The notes beneath the pieces were generated by a model that was given only the letters and a program-made list of their open reading frames with translations, ran no database searches and had not been told where the DNA came from. From positions 62,001 through 126,000 of IMG/VR virus record IMGVR_UViG_3300017963_000192: a stretch of DNA of 64,000 nt, one strand, 5' to 3'. A program made the position numbers and the translations under genes. How positions within the stretch are numbered: position 1 is the first letter of the stretch; the number at the start of each line of letters is the position of its first letter. Positions 50,222 to 59,252 of this stretch are shown here, in pieces.

Positions 50222-50571
50222 ATCTCTTTTTTAAGACTTTCTAAAGCCTCCTCCAAATTATCGTGTATGTCTATTAATTTATCAAAATTAGTAATAGCCA
50301 ACACTTGTTTACATAGTTCGTTTGGGTTGAACACTTTAAAGGCTAATCCCTCCTTATCTAGTTTTCTTTTATTTATAATAAACACTTTTAATGCAGAACT
50401 ACCTATGAATTCCACATCTTCAAGATCAACCAAAATATTGGCTTTTTTATGTTTTTTCATAATTTCTTCAAGAACATTCTCAAAACTGTCCGATAAATCT
50501 AAATCCATTTTTCCAGACAATTCTACAACAATGATGTTTTCCTCTACTTCTTGATATTCTACACTACCCAT
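50218..50571 (-). CDS. STAS anti-sigma factor antagonist
   Basis: LSGKMD, ILVDLEDVEFIGSSAL. Confidence 0.88.
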   Translation of the reverse strand: MGSVEYQEVEENIIVVELSGKMDLDLSDSFENVLEEIMKKHKKANILVDLEDVEFIGSSALKVFIINKRKLDKEGLAFKVFNPNELCKQVLAITNFDKLIDIHDNLEEALESLKKEI

Positions 50572-50609
50572 TCTAACCCTCCATTATTAAATTTGGTAAG
50601 GTTTCATAT

Positions 50610-50936
50610 TTATAATTCATATAATTTTTTTAATTTCCATTGCAAATGGAACCATGACCATAAAGGGTTACGTTCTCCTGGAATGAAGTTATCTTCTCTC
50701 CAACTCATCCACATATTTCTGTACTGAAAAAATTTAAACTTAACTTCTTTAATGGTTTCCCACAACATTATCCACTCAATTCTAGGGTAACTTATAAACC
50801 ATGCTACTCCTGTATACTTTTTCAACTCCCACGTCCAAAACAAGAATCTTCCCATAGCATCTGGTAATCCACACATTATTATTTCTGCGTTCTCTGTTTT
50901 AATAAATAAACAAGCCATCCTTTCTCCTACACACAC
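50610..50936 (-). CDS. Trp-rich hypothetical protein
   Basis: 108-aa ORF in the operon. Confidence 0.45.
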   Translation of the reverse strand: MCVGERMACLFIKTENAEIIMCGLPDAMGRFLFWTWELKKYTGVAWFISYPRIEWIMLWETIKEVKFKFFQYRNMWMSWREDNFIPGERNPLWSWFHLQWKLKKLYEL

Positions 50937-50943
50937 CTATAAA

Positions 50944-51303
50944 TTAATCTAATAAATCTTTAAAATCAAGCCAATCTTTTTCTATACACAATAAAAACAA
51001 ATAACCTATCATATCAGAAGTATCATTTTTTCTCAATTCATTTGCATTTTGAATTCTTTTAAGCTTATCATCTAATCTTATACAAATAGAACTTCCAGCA
51101 TCGTGTTTTGAAAAAACATTCAAAGGATTTAATGCACTATCACCGTATCTTTTATTCTTCTCAAGAAGGAAATCTCTAAAATTGTCACAAGCTTTTATAA
51201 TTTTCCCTTGAGTCTCAGTATATAATTTAGGTTCATCATTTTTATTTTTGTAACTAACAATTAAATCCTCTTTTTTAATATCCATTCCTATAGGATTTGC
51301 CAT
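50944..51303 (-). CDS. DUF1599 / nucleotide-modification-associated-like small protein
   Basis: LLEKNKRYGDS, IRLDDKLKRI, DMIGY motifs. Confidence 0.55.
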   Translation of the reverse strand: MANPIGMDIKKEDLIVSYKNKNDEPKLYTETQGKIIKACDNFRDFLLEKNKRYGDSALNPLNVFSKHDAGSSICIRLDDKLKRIQNANELRKNDTSDMIGYLFLLCIEKDWLDFKDLLD

Positions 51304-51657
51304 TTATTTCTCCTTTGATTTAATAAATTCTACCGCCTCTTCTTCATTATTACAAACTTTTATAACCTCATCAATACCTGTAATGTTAAACACTTTTTTA
51401 CAAGTAGCATTTGCATCAAATAATACAAGTTTCAGCTTATTGCAAATCAATTCTTTATATGCAATTATAAAAACTTTTATAGCATAACTATTTAAATATC
51501 CTACATCGAATAAATCCATTAGTATGTGACAATTAGGATTATCTTCTATAGCCTCATTTACCATATCTTCAAAGTCTTTATCTAATGTTATATCAATATT
51601 TCCAGATGGTGTCAATATAATTATATCGTCTCCTATCTTTTTATATGCTGATTTCAT
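51304..51657 (-). CDS. STAS anti-sigma factor antagonist
   Basis: PSGNID, ILMDLFDVGYLNSYAI. Confidence 0.85.
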   Translation of the reverse strand: MKSAYKKIGDDIIILTPSGNIDITLDKDFEDMVNEAIEDNPNCHILMDLFDVGYLNSYAIKVFIIAYKELICNKLKLVLFDANATCKKVFNITGIDEVIKVCNNEEEAVEFIKSKEK

Positions 51658-52385
51658 TAAGTACCGCCTTCAAATTTTCCTTTTAACCTTTTATATTCTT
51701 TATATTCAGGGTCATCTTGGAATTTCTTTTTAAGAGCTTGATATTCCGCTCTTAATATTTTATTGGCTTCATATTCATATTTAGATGACGGATTTATTTC
51801 ATATAATTCTATTTTTTCTATTTGCCATTCTCTATAATGTTCAAAATCTTCTGGACTATCAAACTCCCTAAAATCTGTTTCTGAAAAATCATCTAATATT
51901 TTATCTATTGCCTGCTTTGGAGATTCCCCACCTACAATTTCAAAATTAATATTACATCCCATCGTATAATCACAACCCTCTCCAATACCATATATCAATG
52001 CAATATATTTTTTAAAAGGTTCACTTCCTGTCCTTCCTTGAATAATATTCTCTGGACAAGTATATACAACGTCTCCAATTTCATTAAATAATATAAATCC
52101 TAATTTTTCATCCTTATAGAATTCTTTAACTTTATTCCACACAATCATTGCTTTTTCTTCTGATTTGAATGCTATTAAACCATATCCATCATTTTCTACA
52201 CTTTCCATCATTTTTGTTTCAACAAACTCTCTATCAAAACATTTAGATAAAAGGTCAATATAATTTGTTAATTCCACATTAACATGTGGAATTACTACTA
52301 TACAATAACTTTTAATGTCCTCTTTAATCCTATCCTGAAGAATGGTAAATAAATTAATCTTTTTCATATCATTTCTCCTATACAA
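51657..52385 (-). CDS. Hypothetical protein
   Basis: 242-aa ORF, TAATG coupling. Confidence 0.5.
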   Translation of the reverse strand: MYRRNDMKKINLFTILQDRIKEDIKSYCIVVIPHVNVELTNYIDLLSKCFDREFVETKMMESVENDGYGLIAFKSEEKAMIVWNKVKEFYKDEKLGFILFNEIGDVVYTCPENIIQGRTGSEPFKKYIALIYGIGEGCDYTMGCNINFEIVGGESPKQAIDKILDDFSETDFREFDSPEDFEHYREWQIEKIELYEINPSSKYEYEANKILRAEYQALKKKFQDDPEYKEYKRLKGKFEGGT

Positions 52386-52495
52386 ACGTTCTAAAATTAG
52401 AGCAATCTTGACATTGCCAAGATTTATCTTCTTGTCTTTTATGCATTGTCACTCTTTTGCAATTATTACAATATAAATAATCCATATTATACATA

Positions 52496-52687
52496 TTACA
52501 CCAACTTATTAGCTTTGTAATAAACCATAATTCCTCCCTCAACATCTTGAACGGATATTACATCATCTATATCTATATTATTTTTAGATAAAGTATCATT
52601 TAAAAGATCCATATCGTATCGATGTGTCCCAAAACCTTTAGGAATATGCATAGACTCTATTATTCTTTTAAAACTTTTCATAATCAT
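52496..52687 (-). CDS. Small hypothetical protein
   Basis: 63-aa ORF. Confidence 0.4.
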   Translation of the reverse strand: MIMKSFKRIIESMHIPKGFGTHRYDMDLLNDTLSKNNIDIDDVISVQDVEGGIMVYYKANKLV

Positions 52688-52725
52688 TTTTTATTGGTGG
52701 GGGTTTCCCCCCACCAAAGTATTAA

Positions 52726-53898
52726 TTAAACTCTAAAAAGAGTAAGATGTATAATCTTGTTATTAAATTCAACAGCTTCACCGATTAATTTGGTAGAACT
52801 CTTGTCTTTTTCATCTTTCTCTTCCCTAAATTCAATTATCTTGTAAGGCTGCCCTTGAGCCTCACCATAGATAACCTTCTCCTTAAACTTCTTCAAAAGT
52901 TCCTTTCCCAGAAGCCCTTTAACTTTTTTAGGATTAAACTCAAACAAGTTGTTTTCTTCTTTTTTCATAAAAGAACTGCCCTCTTTCTCAACAACATCGT
53001 CCTTAACAGACTGCCAAGAATCTGGAAGATTATAAATATCCATACCCTTAACTTTGTTTTCTGTGATAAAGATAGCTCCAACTTGGTTTTCGATAGGTGG
53101 GATTTTCTTCATAGCTTCTCTAATGCTTGAAGACAAATCATCTAATGTTGCTGCTAAATCATCAGATGCCGGAACGTCTCTTGTAGGCTCATCTGGTTCT
53201 GATGAAAGTGAATCCATACTTGCAAACATCATATCTACTCCATTATCAATACTGTCATTAAGATTGACAGATGAAGATGTAGTAAATGTACTAGATGCTT
53301 CTGATGTAACACCACTAGTTTCATCAGACACATTAGATGCATATACATTTTGACTTTCTACACCACGACTTTTTAAACCACTTTTCTTGGTTAATCGCCT
53401 ATTGCTCAGTTTAACTTGAGCATTTTGTGGTTCTCCATACACAGAACAGCTATAAAGATTAACACTATTCCAGGTACTGCCTTGATTAGAAAGATCAATA
53501 TCATATGGGGTTCTACCACCATATTTCATATCTGCTCCTTTTTGTATCCCTTTGCTTTGGTGAATACATCTAACAGCAACTCGCTGCCCTTTTCCAGCCA
53601 ATACAATGTGACCGTGAATAGCAGCCCTTTCTTGAGTTTTACCTCTGAAGATTTCACCTCTACTGATAAGTAGAGGTACATCCTCATTGTTTTTGACATA
53701 AACGTAGTCGATCATACCTGTGTCTTCTACTTTTACATCCTGTGCTTCTGCAAACGTGATATAATCACGTTTCTCGTCAACTTCCCTTTTAACAGGTACG
53801 ATGACGTTTAGAGATTCTTCACTCATTCTCCAAGGCTCGTCTAGAACGAATCCATCCTTTTCCTCTATGACAGCCCCAATAAATTTTTGAATCTTCAT
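52726..53898 (-). CDS. ARPP-1 / DUF6569-like protein
   Basis: VKNNEDVPLLISRGEIFRGKTQERA...VAVRCIH; AAGGAGG RBS. Confidence 0.6.
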   Translation of the reverse strand: MKIQKFIGAVIEEKDGFVLDEPWRMSEESLNVIVPVKREVDEKRDYITFAEAQDVKVEDTGMIDYVYVKNNEDVPLLISRGEIFRGKTQERAAIHGHIVLAGKGQRVAVRCIHQSKGIQKGADMKYGGRTPYDIDLSNQGSTWNSVNLYSCSVYGEPQNAQVKLSNRRLTKKSGLKSRGVESQNVYASNVSDETSGVTSEASSTFTTSSSVNLNDSIDNGVDMMFASMDSLSSEPDEPTRDVPASDDLAATLDDLSSSIREAMKKIPPIENQVGAIFITENKVKGMDIYNLPDSWQSVKDDVVEKEGSSFMKKEENNLFEFNPKKVKGLLGKELLKKFKEKVIYGEAQGQPYKIIEFREEKDEKDKSSTKLIGEAVEFNNKIIHLTLFRV

Positions 53899-53946
53899 GG
53901 AACTTCCTCCTTAAAATATATTTAGTAACCCTTATGGGAATACTAT

Positions 53947-54222
53947 CTATAATACTGCAAGGATTTGTCCACCCTGAATAATAAAAAGCTCCTCGCCCTC
54001 TACTGTTATTGGCACTTTTGGTGTGTTATTATATAAAACTTTATCTCCAACTTCCACATCTAAAGGAATTATTTTACTTCCAGATATAACTCCTCTACCT
54101 TTACTTACTACTATACCCGTATCAAAATGTTGGTCAGCAGTTCCAGGCACGAAAATAGAACCTATCTTCTTCTGTCCTTCTTCTATTTCTCTTACAATTA
54201 CAGCATCACCTAATGCTCTCAT
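53947..54222 (-). CDS. groES: Co-chaperonin GroES (Cpn10)
   Basis: RALGDAVIV, GSIFVP, GIVVSKG, VEVGDKVLY. Confidence 0.88.
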   Translation of the reverse strand: MRALGDAVIVREIEEGQKKIGSIFVPGTADQHFDTGIVVSKGRGVISGSKIIPLDVEVGDKVLYNNTPKVPITVEGEELFIIQGGQILAVL

Positions 54223-54241
54223 ATTTCATCTCCTCCATTTT

Positions 54242-54475
54242 TTAAAAATTTAAATCTCTTTCTTTTATTATTCTTGTTTTAATATCTAAGAAAGGTAAAT
54301 TTTCCTCTTTTTTTATAAATTTTATTATCTCAAGTATTCCAAGATTATCTGAAAGAGTCTCAAATATCTTTATAGGATAATTTTTAACTTTTTTATAGGA
54401 AACTATTTTCTTATTCTCAAATTCTACATCTTTTATTAATTCATAGCTTTTTGTTCTTTGAATAACATAGTGCAT
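54242..54475 (-). CDS. Small hypothetical protein
   Basis: AAGGAG RBS. Confidence 0.45.
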   Translation of the reverse strand: MHYVIQRTKSYELIKDVEFENKKIVSYKKVKNYPIKIFETLSDNLGILEIIKFIKKEENLPFLDIKTRIIKERDLNF

Positions 54476-54501
54476 ATCTTATACTCCTTTAACTAAAAAA
54501 A

Positions 54502-54855
54502 TTAAGGTTTAACAATTTTATATTTATCATCTTTACTCATAAGAGGATATATTAATATATACTTATTTCCTTTTTCATTTATGATTATTTTAGAAAAAAA
54601 GGATTGAATAGGACTTAAATTGCCCATTACATCCTTAATTTCATCTATTGTCATTTCCTTTATTTCCCAATCATTTGGTAATTCTCTCATTAAAAGAGAG
54701 ACAACTATTTGTGCTTGAGATTGGTTTTGGTATTGATATTGTTCATTATGGTATGTATTATTAATCTTTATTCCACCACCGATTATGAAGAAAAGATTAC
54801 CAGCAACAGACAAACTAAGCAGTACTATTAATAATATAATAAGTTTTTTCACCAT
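54502..54855 (-). CDS. Membrane-anchored hypothetical protein
   Basis: N-terminal TM; ATGG/TGA overlap with the upstream ORF. Confidence 0.5.
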   Translation of the reverse strand: MVKKLIILLIVLLSLSVAGNLFFIIGGGIKINNTYHNEQYQYQNQSQAQIVVSLLMRELPNDWEIKEMTIDEIKDVMGNLSPIQSFFSKIIINEKGNKYILIYPLMSKDDKYKIVKP

Positions 54856-55091
54856 TTACCGCTCTTTTTTAGAAATTTTTTAATCCCTGGTTCTTCCTCT
54901 CCAGATATCTCCTTTAAAAGGAGGTCAATTTTAGGAATATCTTCTTTTTTTAAGTAGTCAGCACTTTTTATGAATTGTAAAAATAAAATAGCAACTTGTC
55001 TTAATCTTAATAATTCTTTTTCTAAATCTTCTACGGTATCATATTCATTACTAAAATTATGCCTATTGATATATCTTTCTCTAGTATTCAA
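54849..55091 (-). CDS. Small hypothetical protein
   Basis: 80-aa ORF. Confidence 0.4.
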   Translation of the reverse strand: MNTRERYINRHNFSNEYDTVEDLEKELLRLRQVAILFLQFIKSADYLKKEDIPKIDLLLKEISGEEEPGIKKFLKKSGKW

Positions 55092-55201
55092 AACAGAAAC
55101 CTTTCTTTCATTTTATCTTAATATCTGCGGGATTTCCCAATTAATGAAGTCCATTTATATATGTTATTAATTTTATTTCAATAAAAAAACGACAAAAACA
55201 T

Positions 55202-55232
55202 AAAAAAGCGGAAGACAGATAAAGCCTCCCGC
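55202..55232 (-). terminator. Rho-independent terminator
   Basis: GCGGGAGGC...GTCTTCCGC followed by T6. Confidence 0.65.
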
Positions 55233-55272
55233 AAATTTCAAATTAGAATACGATTTTTTAATAAAAGAACTA

Positions 55273-55485
55273 TTACTTTTTAAATTTATTGTAATCTTCT
55301 GCTAACTTAAATATTACGTCAACCCTATTGTCGTGCTTTTGTAACTCATAACTAACAATATTTCCGTATTGATTTATGTCATCAGCAATTTTATCCACTT
55401 CTGTAAGAGTTCCTTCGAATTTTGAATGCAATTGAACAACTGCTGTTTTTGAATTAGGAAAGAAATGTTTCATAATATTCTCCAT
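55273..55485 (-). CDS. Small hypothetical protein
   Basis: 70-aa ORF between a candidate promoter and a terminator; the true start may be ATG 55473. Confidence 0.5.
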   Translation of the reverse strand: MENIMKHFFPNSKTAVVQLHSKFEGTLTEVDKIADDINQYGNIVSYELQKHDNRVDVIFKLAEDYNKFKK

Positions 55486-55497
55486 TTAATTGGTATT

Positions 55498-55531
55498 TTA
55501 AAATAATAAAAGGTTTTTGCTAAATGTTAAG
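55498..55531 (-). promoter_or_regulatory. Degenerate candidate late promoter CTTAACAT-N14-TTATTATTTTAA
   Basis: Same spacing as the other copies. Confidence 0.45.
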
Positions 55532-55670
55532 GCTCAATACCTGCTTTTTTATTTTTAATTTTATTATTCATTTTGCACTTTAGTGTAATGTCTTACAAGA
55601 CATAATACAGCAATATGAGACATAAGTTATTAATTTTTTGTAAAAAATTAATAATTATTAACTTTTGTTA

Positions 55671-55699
55671 TTGAATTTTTACTATGATTGTGTTATATT
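55671..55699 (+). promoter_or_regulatory. Sigma70-type promoter TTGAAT-N17-TATATT with TG extension
   Basis: Upstream of the single plus-strand gene, which has an AAGGAGG RBS. Confidence 0.55.
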
Positions 55700-55782
55700 G
55701 TTTGTATCTCTAACTAAAAAAGTATTTGGCAACATTTTTATTTCCGTGAAGAATTTAAACAAACATAAGGAGGAACATTTCT

Positions 55783-56520
55783 ATGAACACTGTAAGTGGT
55801 TCAAAAGAAGGGTTGAGGTTAAAACAGTATTTCAAGTACAATAACCTTCTGTCAGAAATCACAAAGGTAAAAGAGGATTTACCCGATTTGGAAACTAAAA
55901 GAATTAAGCTTTTAGGAGATTTATACACCCTTCACGAAAAGAGTGGTTGGTTAATAGGAGAACTATTAATTCAACAAAGAAAAATTTTAAAGGATCGTTA
56001 CCAAGATTGGCAACAATATCAAAGAGAAAACGGTGGTAATGGTGAGTCCTACACCCAAATCAAATCAATTTATGATTGGGCAGAAGCCAATAAAGATGAA
56101 TTGGGATTTGGCGAAAGAACTGCAAGAAGATACATAAGATTGCGAGAGGAAACTACACCAGAAATAGGAAATCAATTAGGGATAAAAAAAGCAGAGATTA
56201 TAAAAAAAGCTCCAAAGCCTATTCAACAAGAATTGAGGAAAATGGCTGTAAAAGAAAACTGGAGTACTCCTAAAGTAGAACAGGTTGTCAACATCGTCAA
56301 GAACAAAAAATCTAAAAACGTATCTATTAAGGATATAGATTTTGATAATGTAATAAAAGCCAACCTTCCAAAGATAAGTGTTAAACTTCATCCAAGGAAC
56401 AAGAGTCAAATAATTATTGAAGTTGCTCCAAAATACAGAGATTCCCTCAATAATTTACTCCAAGAAAGATATATCCCTAAATTGAAACATTCTTTACACC
56501 TCTCCATGCATTCCCATTAA
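55783..56520 (+). CDS. Putative DNA-binding protein (DUF3102/HTH-like)
   Basis: Strong RBS; IGELLI...LGFGERTARRYIRL motif; own promoter and terminator. Confidence 0.6.
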   Translation: MNTVSGSKEGLRLKQYFKYNNLLSEITKVKEDLPDLETKRIKLLGDLYTLHEKSGWLIGELLIQQRKILKDRYQDWQQYQRENGGNGESYTQIKSIYDWAEANKDELGFGERTARRYIRLREETTPEIGNQLGIKKAEIIKKAPKPIQQELRKMAVKENWSTPKVEQVVNIVKNKKSKNVSIKDIDFDNVIKANLPKISVKLHPRNKSQIIIEVAPKYRDSLNNLLQERYIPKLKHSLHLSMHSH

Positions 56521-56525
56521 TTAAA

Positions 56526-56567
56526 AAAATCGGACACCAGTGTCCTCATTTGCTGGTGTCCGATTTT
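56526..56567. terminator. Bidirectional terminator between convergent genes
   Basis: 15-bp inverted repeat AAAATCGGACACCAG / CTGGTGTCCGATTTT. Confidence 0.8.
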
Positions 56568-56609
56568 CTATTATTAAGATATTAATAAGAAATTTTTATG
56601 TGTGTATAT

Positions 56610-57539
56610 TTATAATGGCACGTTGCCACGTAATCCGAATCCTAGCATACTTGATAATGGTGTAATACCAGATTGAGTAACCTGGTTGAGGGCTGCTCCA
56701 ACCCATCCCATTGACGCAAATGGGTAAGATCCTACACCAACACCAAAACTATTTATGCTGTTCATTTTAACGAGATACATTTGCTCTTTGTAAGAATTTA
56801 AAAGATTTTGCATCCAACTCGCAATGTTTCCAACACGCTCGTAAGTAATACTTAATCCAGAATCTGTTGTTGAGAAGTTTATATCTATTTCTAAAATTCC
56901 CCACGCATATAAGCATCTTATAACAGCTCCTTGAACAATTAAGTCAACCATTTCATAGGGTATTCCACCCATTAATCTATGATAAGGATTAGTTAATTTG
57001 TCTTTGCTTTCTTCAACATATTGCCACCAATATTCAGTAGTTGGAGGACTTATGTTTATTTCTATTAAAGCACCTTGAACCATTTGTTCAAGTTCATATA
57101 AACTAAATTTCTTGTCCCATCCTCCAGCGAATGATACAACGCCCCCTTCTCCTACACCATCTACATCAGAAATAGTTGTTCCTGGATTAGGAAACCTTCT
57201 TCTCACTAAATCTATTCTTGTTAATAACATCTCTATAATATAATGCTCTGCCCATGTCATAACCTTAAATAAGGCAGGGTCAAAAACAGTATAATCTGTT
57301 ATACTTCCAGATGTTTTTGGATAGACATTTGTGTTATCTATTTGAATATCAAAAATATCCTCATCCCCTGTTGATGTTGTTAATGCTCTCCAAGAATAAT
57401 AATCTTTCAAGTCAGTTATGCCAGTACTAGTATCATACATAACATAAGCAACTCTATCTGGATTTTCTATTTCTTCAGTAGCTATTGTAACGTGAGTTAA
57501 ATCTTGCTCCGTTATATCAATTAATCTTAACATAGTCAC
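56610..57539 (-). CDS. Head-tail adaptor / head completion-like protein
   Basis: Helical adaptor-like ALIEINISPP..., GAVIRCL segments. Confidence 0.5.
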   Translation of the reverse strand: MTMLRLIDITEQDLTHVTIATEEIENPDRVAYVMYDTSTGITDLKDYYSWRALTTSTGDEDIFDIQIDNTNVYPKTSGSITDYTVFDPALFKVMTWAEHYIIEMLLTRIDLVRRRFPNPGTTISDVDGVGEGGVVSFAGGWDKKFSLYELEQMVQGALIEINISPPTTEYWWQYVEESKDKLTNPYHRLMGGIPYEMVDLIVQGAVIRCLYAWGILEIDINFSTTDSGLSITYERVGNIASWMQNLLNSYKEQMYLVKMNSINSFGVGVGSYPFASMGWVGAALNQVTQSGITPLSSMLGFGLRGNVPL

Positions 57540-57548
57540 CTACTTCCA

Positions 57549-58037
57549 TTATTCTGGAATAGTTTCTTCAAATAAATCTTCTTCTCCTATTTCCTCAATA
57601 GGTCCTTCTGACATTAAGCTTTCTTCCGTTTCAGTCGTTTTTTCTGGCTTACTTTCCAATATTTCTTTTATCTTTTCGATGATTTTCATTTCAGCAGAAC
57701 CATCTTTTAAATAAAATTCAGATGCTCTTATAAAATCTTCAATAGACATCTTTCCTGCCCAAGCATCTAATGTTGGTTGTAACCAGTTTCTTAATTGTTT
57801 TTTATCTAAAGAATCAATATCTTCTAAATCTATTGATCTTAATATATTAAAACAAACTTCTGCACCACCAGTTGATTCAGCAATCACGAATCTTATTAAC
57901 CCTTCGTCTTTAGATAACTTAATATCAACACCCATTACATCTTTAATTTCATTTTCAGAAGCAATCTTTTTAATAATATTTTCAAGTTCTTTATAAGACT
58001 CTCCTTCCAAAGTAAAAGTATTACTATTAAGTTTCAT
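57549..58037 (-). CDS. Paralog 1 of a family with a shared N-terminal module
   Basis: MKLNSNTF...IIKKIASENEIKDVMGVDIKLS. Confidence 0.6.
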   Translation of the reverse strand: MKLNSNTFTLEGESYKELENIIKKIASENEIKDVMGVDIKLSKDEGLIRFVIAESTGGAEVCFNILRSIDLEDIDSLDKKQLRNWLQPTLDAWAGKMSIEDFIRASEFYLKDGSAEMKIIEKIKEILESKPEKTTETEESLMSEGPIEEIGEEDLFEETIPE

Positions 58038-58048
58038 TTTTTACTCCT

Positions 58049-58468
58049 TTATTTATATTTTAAACTTTCAACATATCTCATAATTTCTTCTTCCCTAAAA
58101 TAGTAATTATGATCTTCTACATATTCTAATAGAATTTTTGCTATATCTTCAGAAGACCACTTAATTATTGGTCCTCCTATATATCCCTTTTCTTCTAAAA
58201 AGCTCTCTACTTCCGAATCATGATTTAATTGAGTCTTAGAAAAATTAATTAATATATCTTTTAAATCATCAATTTCATAAACCCAACCTTCATCACTTTG
58301 CTGTGCCTTTTTTATAGAAAAGTTTATTGTTCCTTCTTTTTGAGAAAGTTTGATATTAACTCCAGAAACATTTTTAATTTCATTTTCAGAAGCAATCTTT
58401 TTAATAATATTTTCTAATTTTTTGTATTCTTCTTTTTCAAAAGAAAAAGTATTACTATTAATCTTCAT
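58049..58468 (-). CDS. Paralog 2 of a family with a shared N-terminal module
   Basis: MKINSNTF...IIKKIASENEIKNVSGVNIKLS. Confidence 0.6.
   Translation of the reverse strand: MKINSNTFSFEKEEYKKLENIIKKIASENEIKNVSGVNIKLSQKEGTINFSIKKAQQSDEGWVYEIDDLKDILINFSKTQLNHDSEVESFLEEKGYIGGPIIKWSSEDIAKILLEYVEDHNYYFREEEIMRYVESLKYK
58344..58396. repeat. 53-bp exact direct repeat, second copy at 59101-59153
   Basis: gaaagtttgatattaactccagaaacatttttaatttcattttcagaagcaat occurs at both positions. Confidence 0.85.
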
Positions 58469-58505
58469 TTTTTACTCCTTATTTTTATACTAAAAATATA
58501 TCACA

Positions 58506-59210
58506 TTAAAAAATTCTACTAATAAAGATATTAACATCAAATATCATAGAAAATTCTCCGTATTTTATATATCTTTCTCCTTCATTAGTAGGGTTTTCAA
58601 ACTCTAAATCTATAAAACTTGAATCTATTTCTTCAAAAGGATGTTTATTACCAGAGTACATAGCCTGAAATCCTTTTACAAATTCTGGTAATTTCATTTT
58701 AATAATTTCTTTTACAGCTTCATTAAATCCCTGTTCATCCATAGAAATATTATTTATTAAATAATTGTACATGTCTTCTTTAGCAAATTCAATTATTTTT
58801 CCTTCATTTACTATTGGCTCTCTATCTTCATTAAAAAATTCTTCCCTTTCCTCATAAGGTATTGGACTTACATCTATACTTATAGAAATTTTTCCTATTT
58901 CATATGGATCTGGGTTCATAGTACCTTCACTTGAATAATAATCAAAATATTCTTCAACTTCTTGTTCCCAATTTTTATCAAAATTAACATCAAAAATCTC
59001 TATGTATTCATCCAAAGATCTACTTCTACCAAATTTGTTATAAATTGGAAATCTTGTTTTATTTTTGTCTATTGCAAACTTAATAAGTCCTTTTTCTTTT
59101 GAAAGTTTGATATTAACTCCAGAAACATTTTTAATTTCATTTTCAGAAGCAATTTTCTTAACTACCTCTTCTATACTTTTGTAATCCTCAATTTTCAGAT
59201 CGAGTTTCAT
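58506..59210 (-). CDS. Paralog 3 of a family with a shared N-terminal module
   Basis: VVKKIASENEIKNVSGVNIKLS. Confidence 0.6.
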   Translation of the reverse strand: MKLDLKIEDYKSIEEVVKKIASENEIKNVSGVNIKLSKEKGLIKFAIDKNKTRFPIYNKFGRSRSLDEYIEIFDVNFDKNWEQEVEEYFDYYSSEGTMNPDPYEIGKISISIDVSPIPYEEREEFFNEDREPIVNEGKIIEFAKEDMYNYLINNISMDEQGFNEAVKEIIKMKLPEFVKGFQAMYSGNKHPFEEIDSSFIDLEFENPTNEGERYIKYGEFSMIFDVNIFISRIF

Positions 59211-59252
59211 TTTTAAATCTCCTGAATTATAGTATAGTAGGTTTCATTTCAT

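Noticed and set aside
470-54253. The many short plus-strand ORFs in the track (e.g. 9719-10243, 28618-28899, 53054-53353)
   Set aside because: They are antisense shadows of well-supported minus-strand genes, with no RBS or recognisable motifs
25668-56409. Short alternative-frame minus-strand ORFs (25668-25862, 45716-45910, 48157-48339, 56176-56409)
   Set aside because: Fully nested in better-supported genes and without recognisable features
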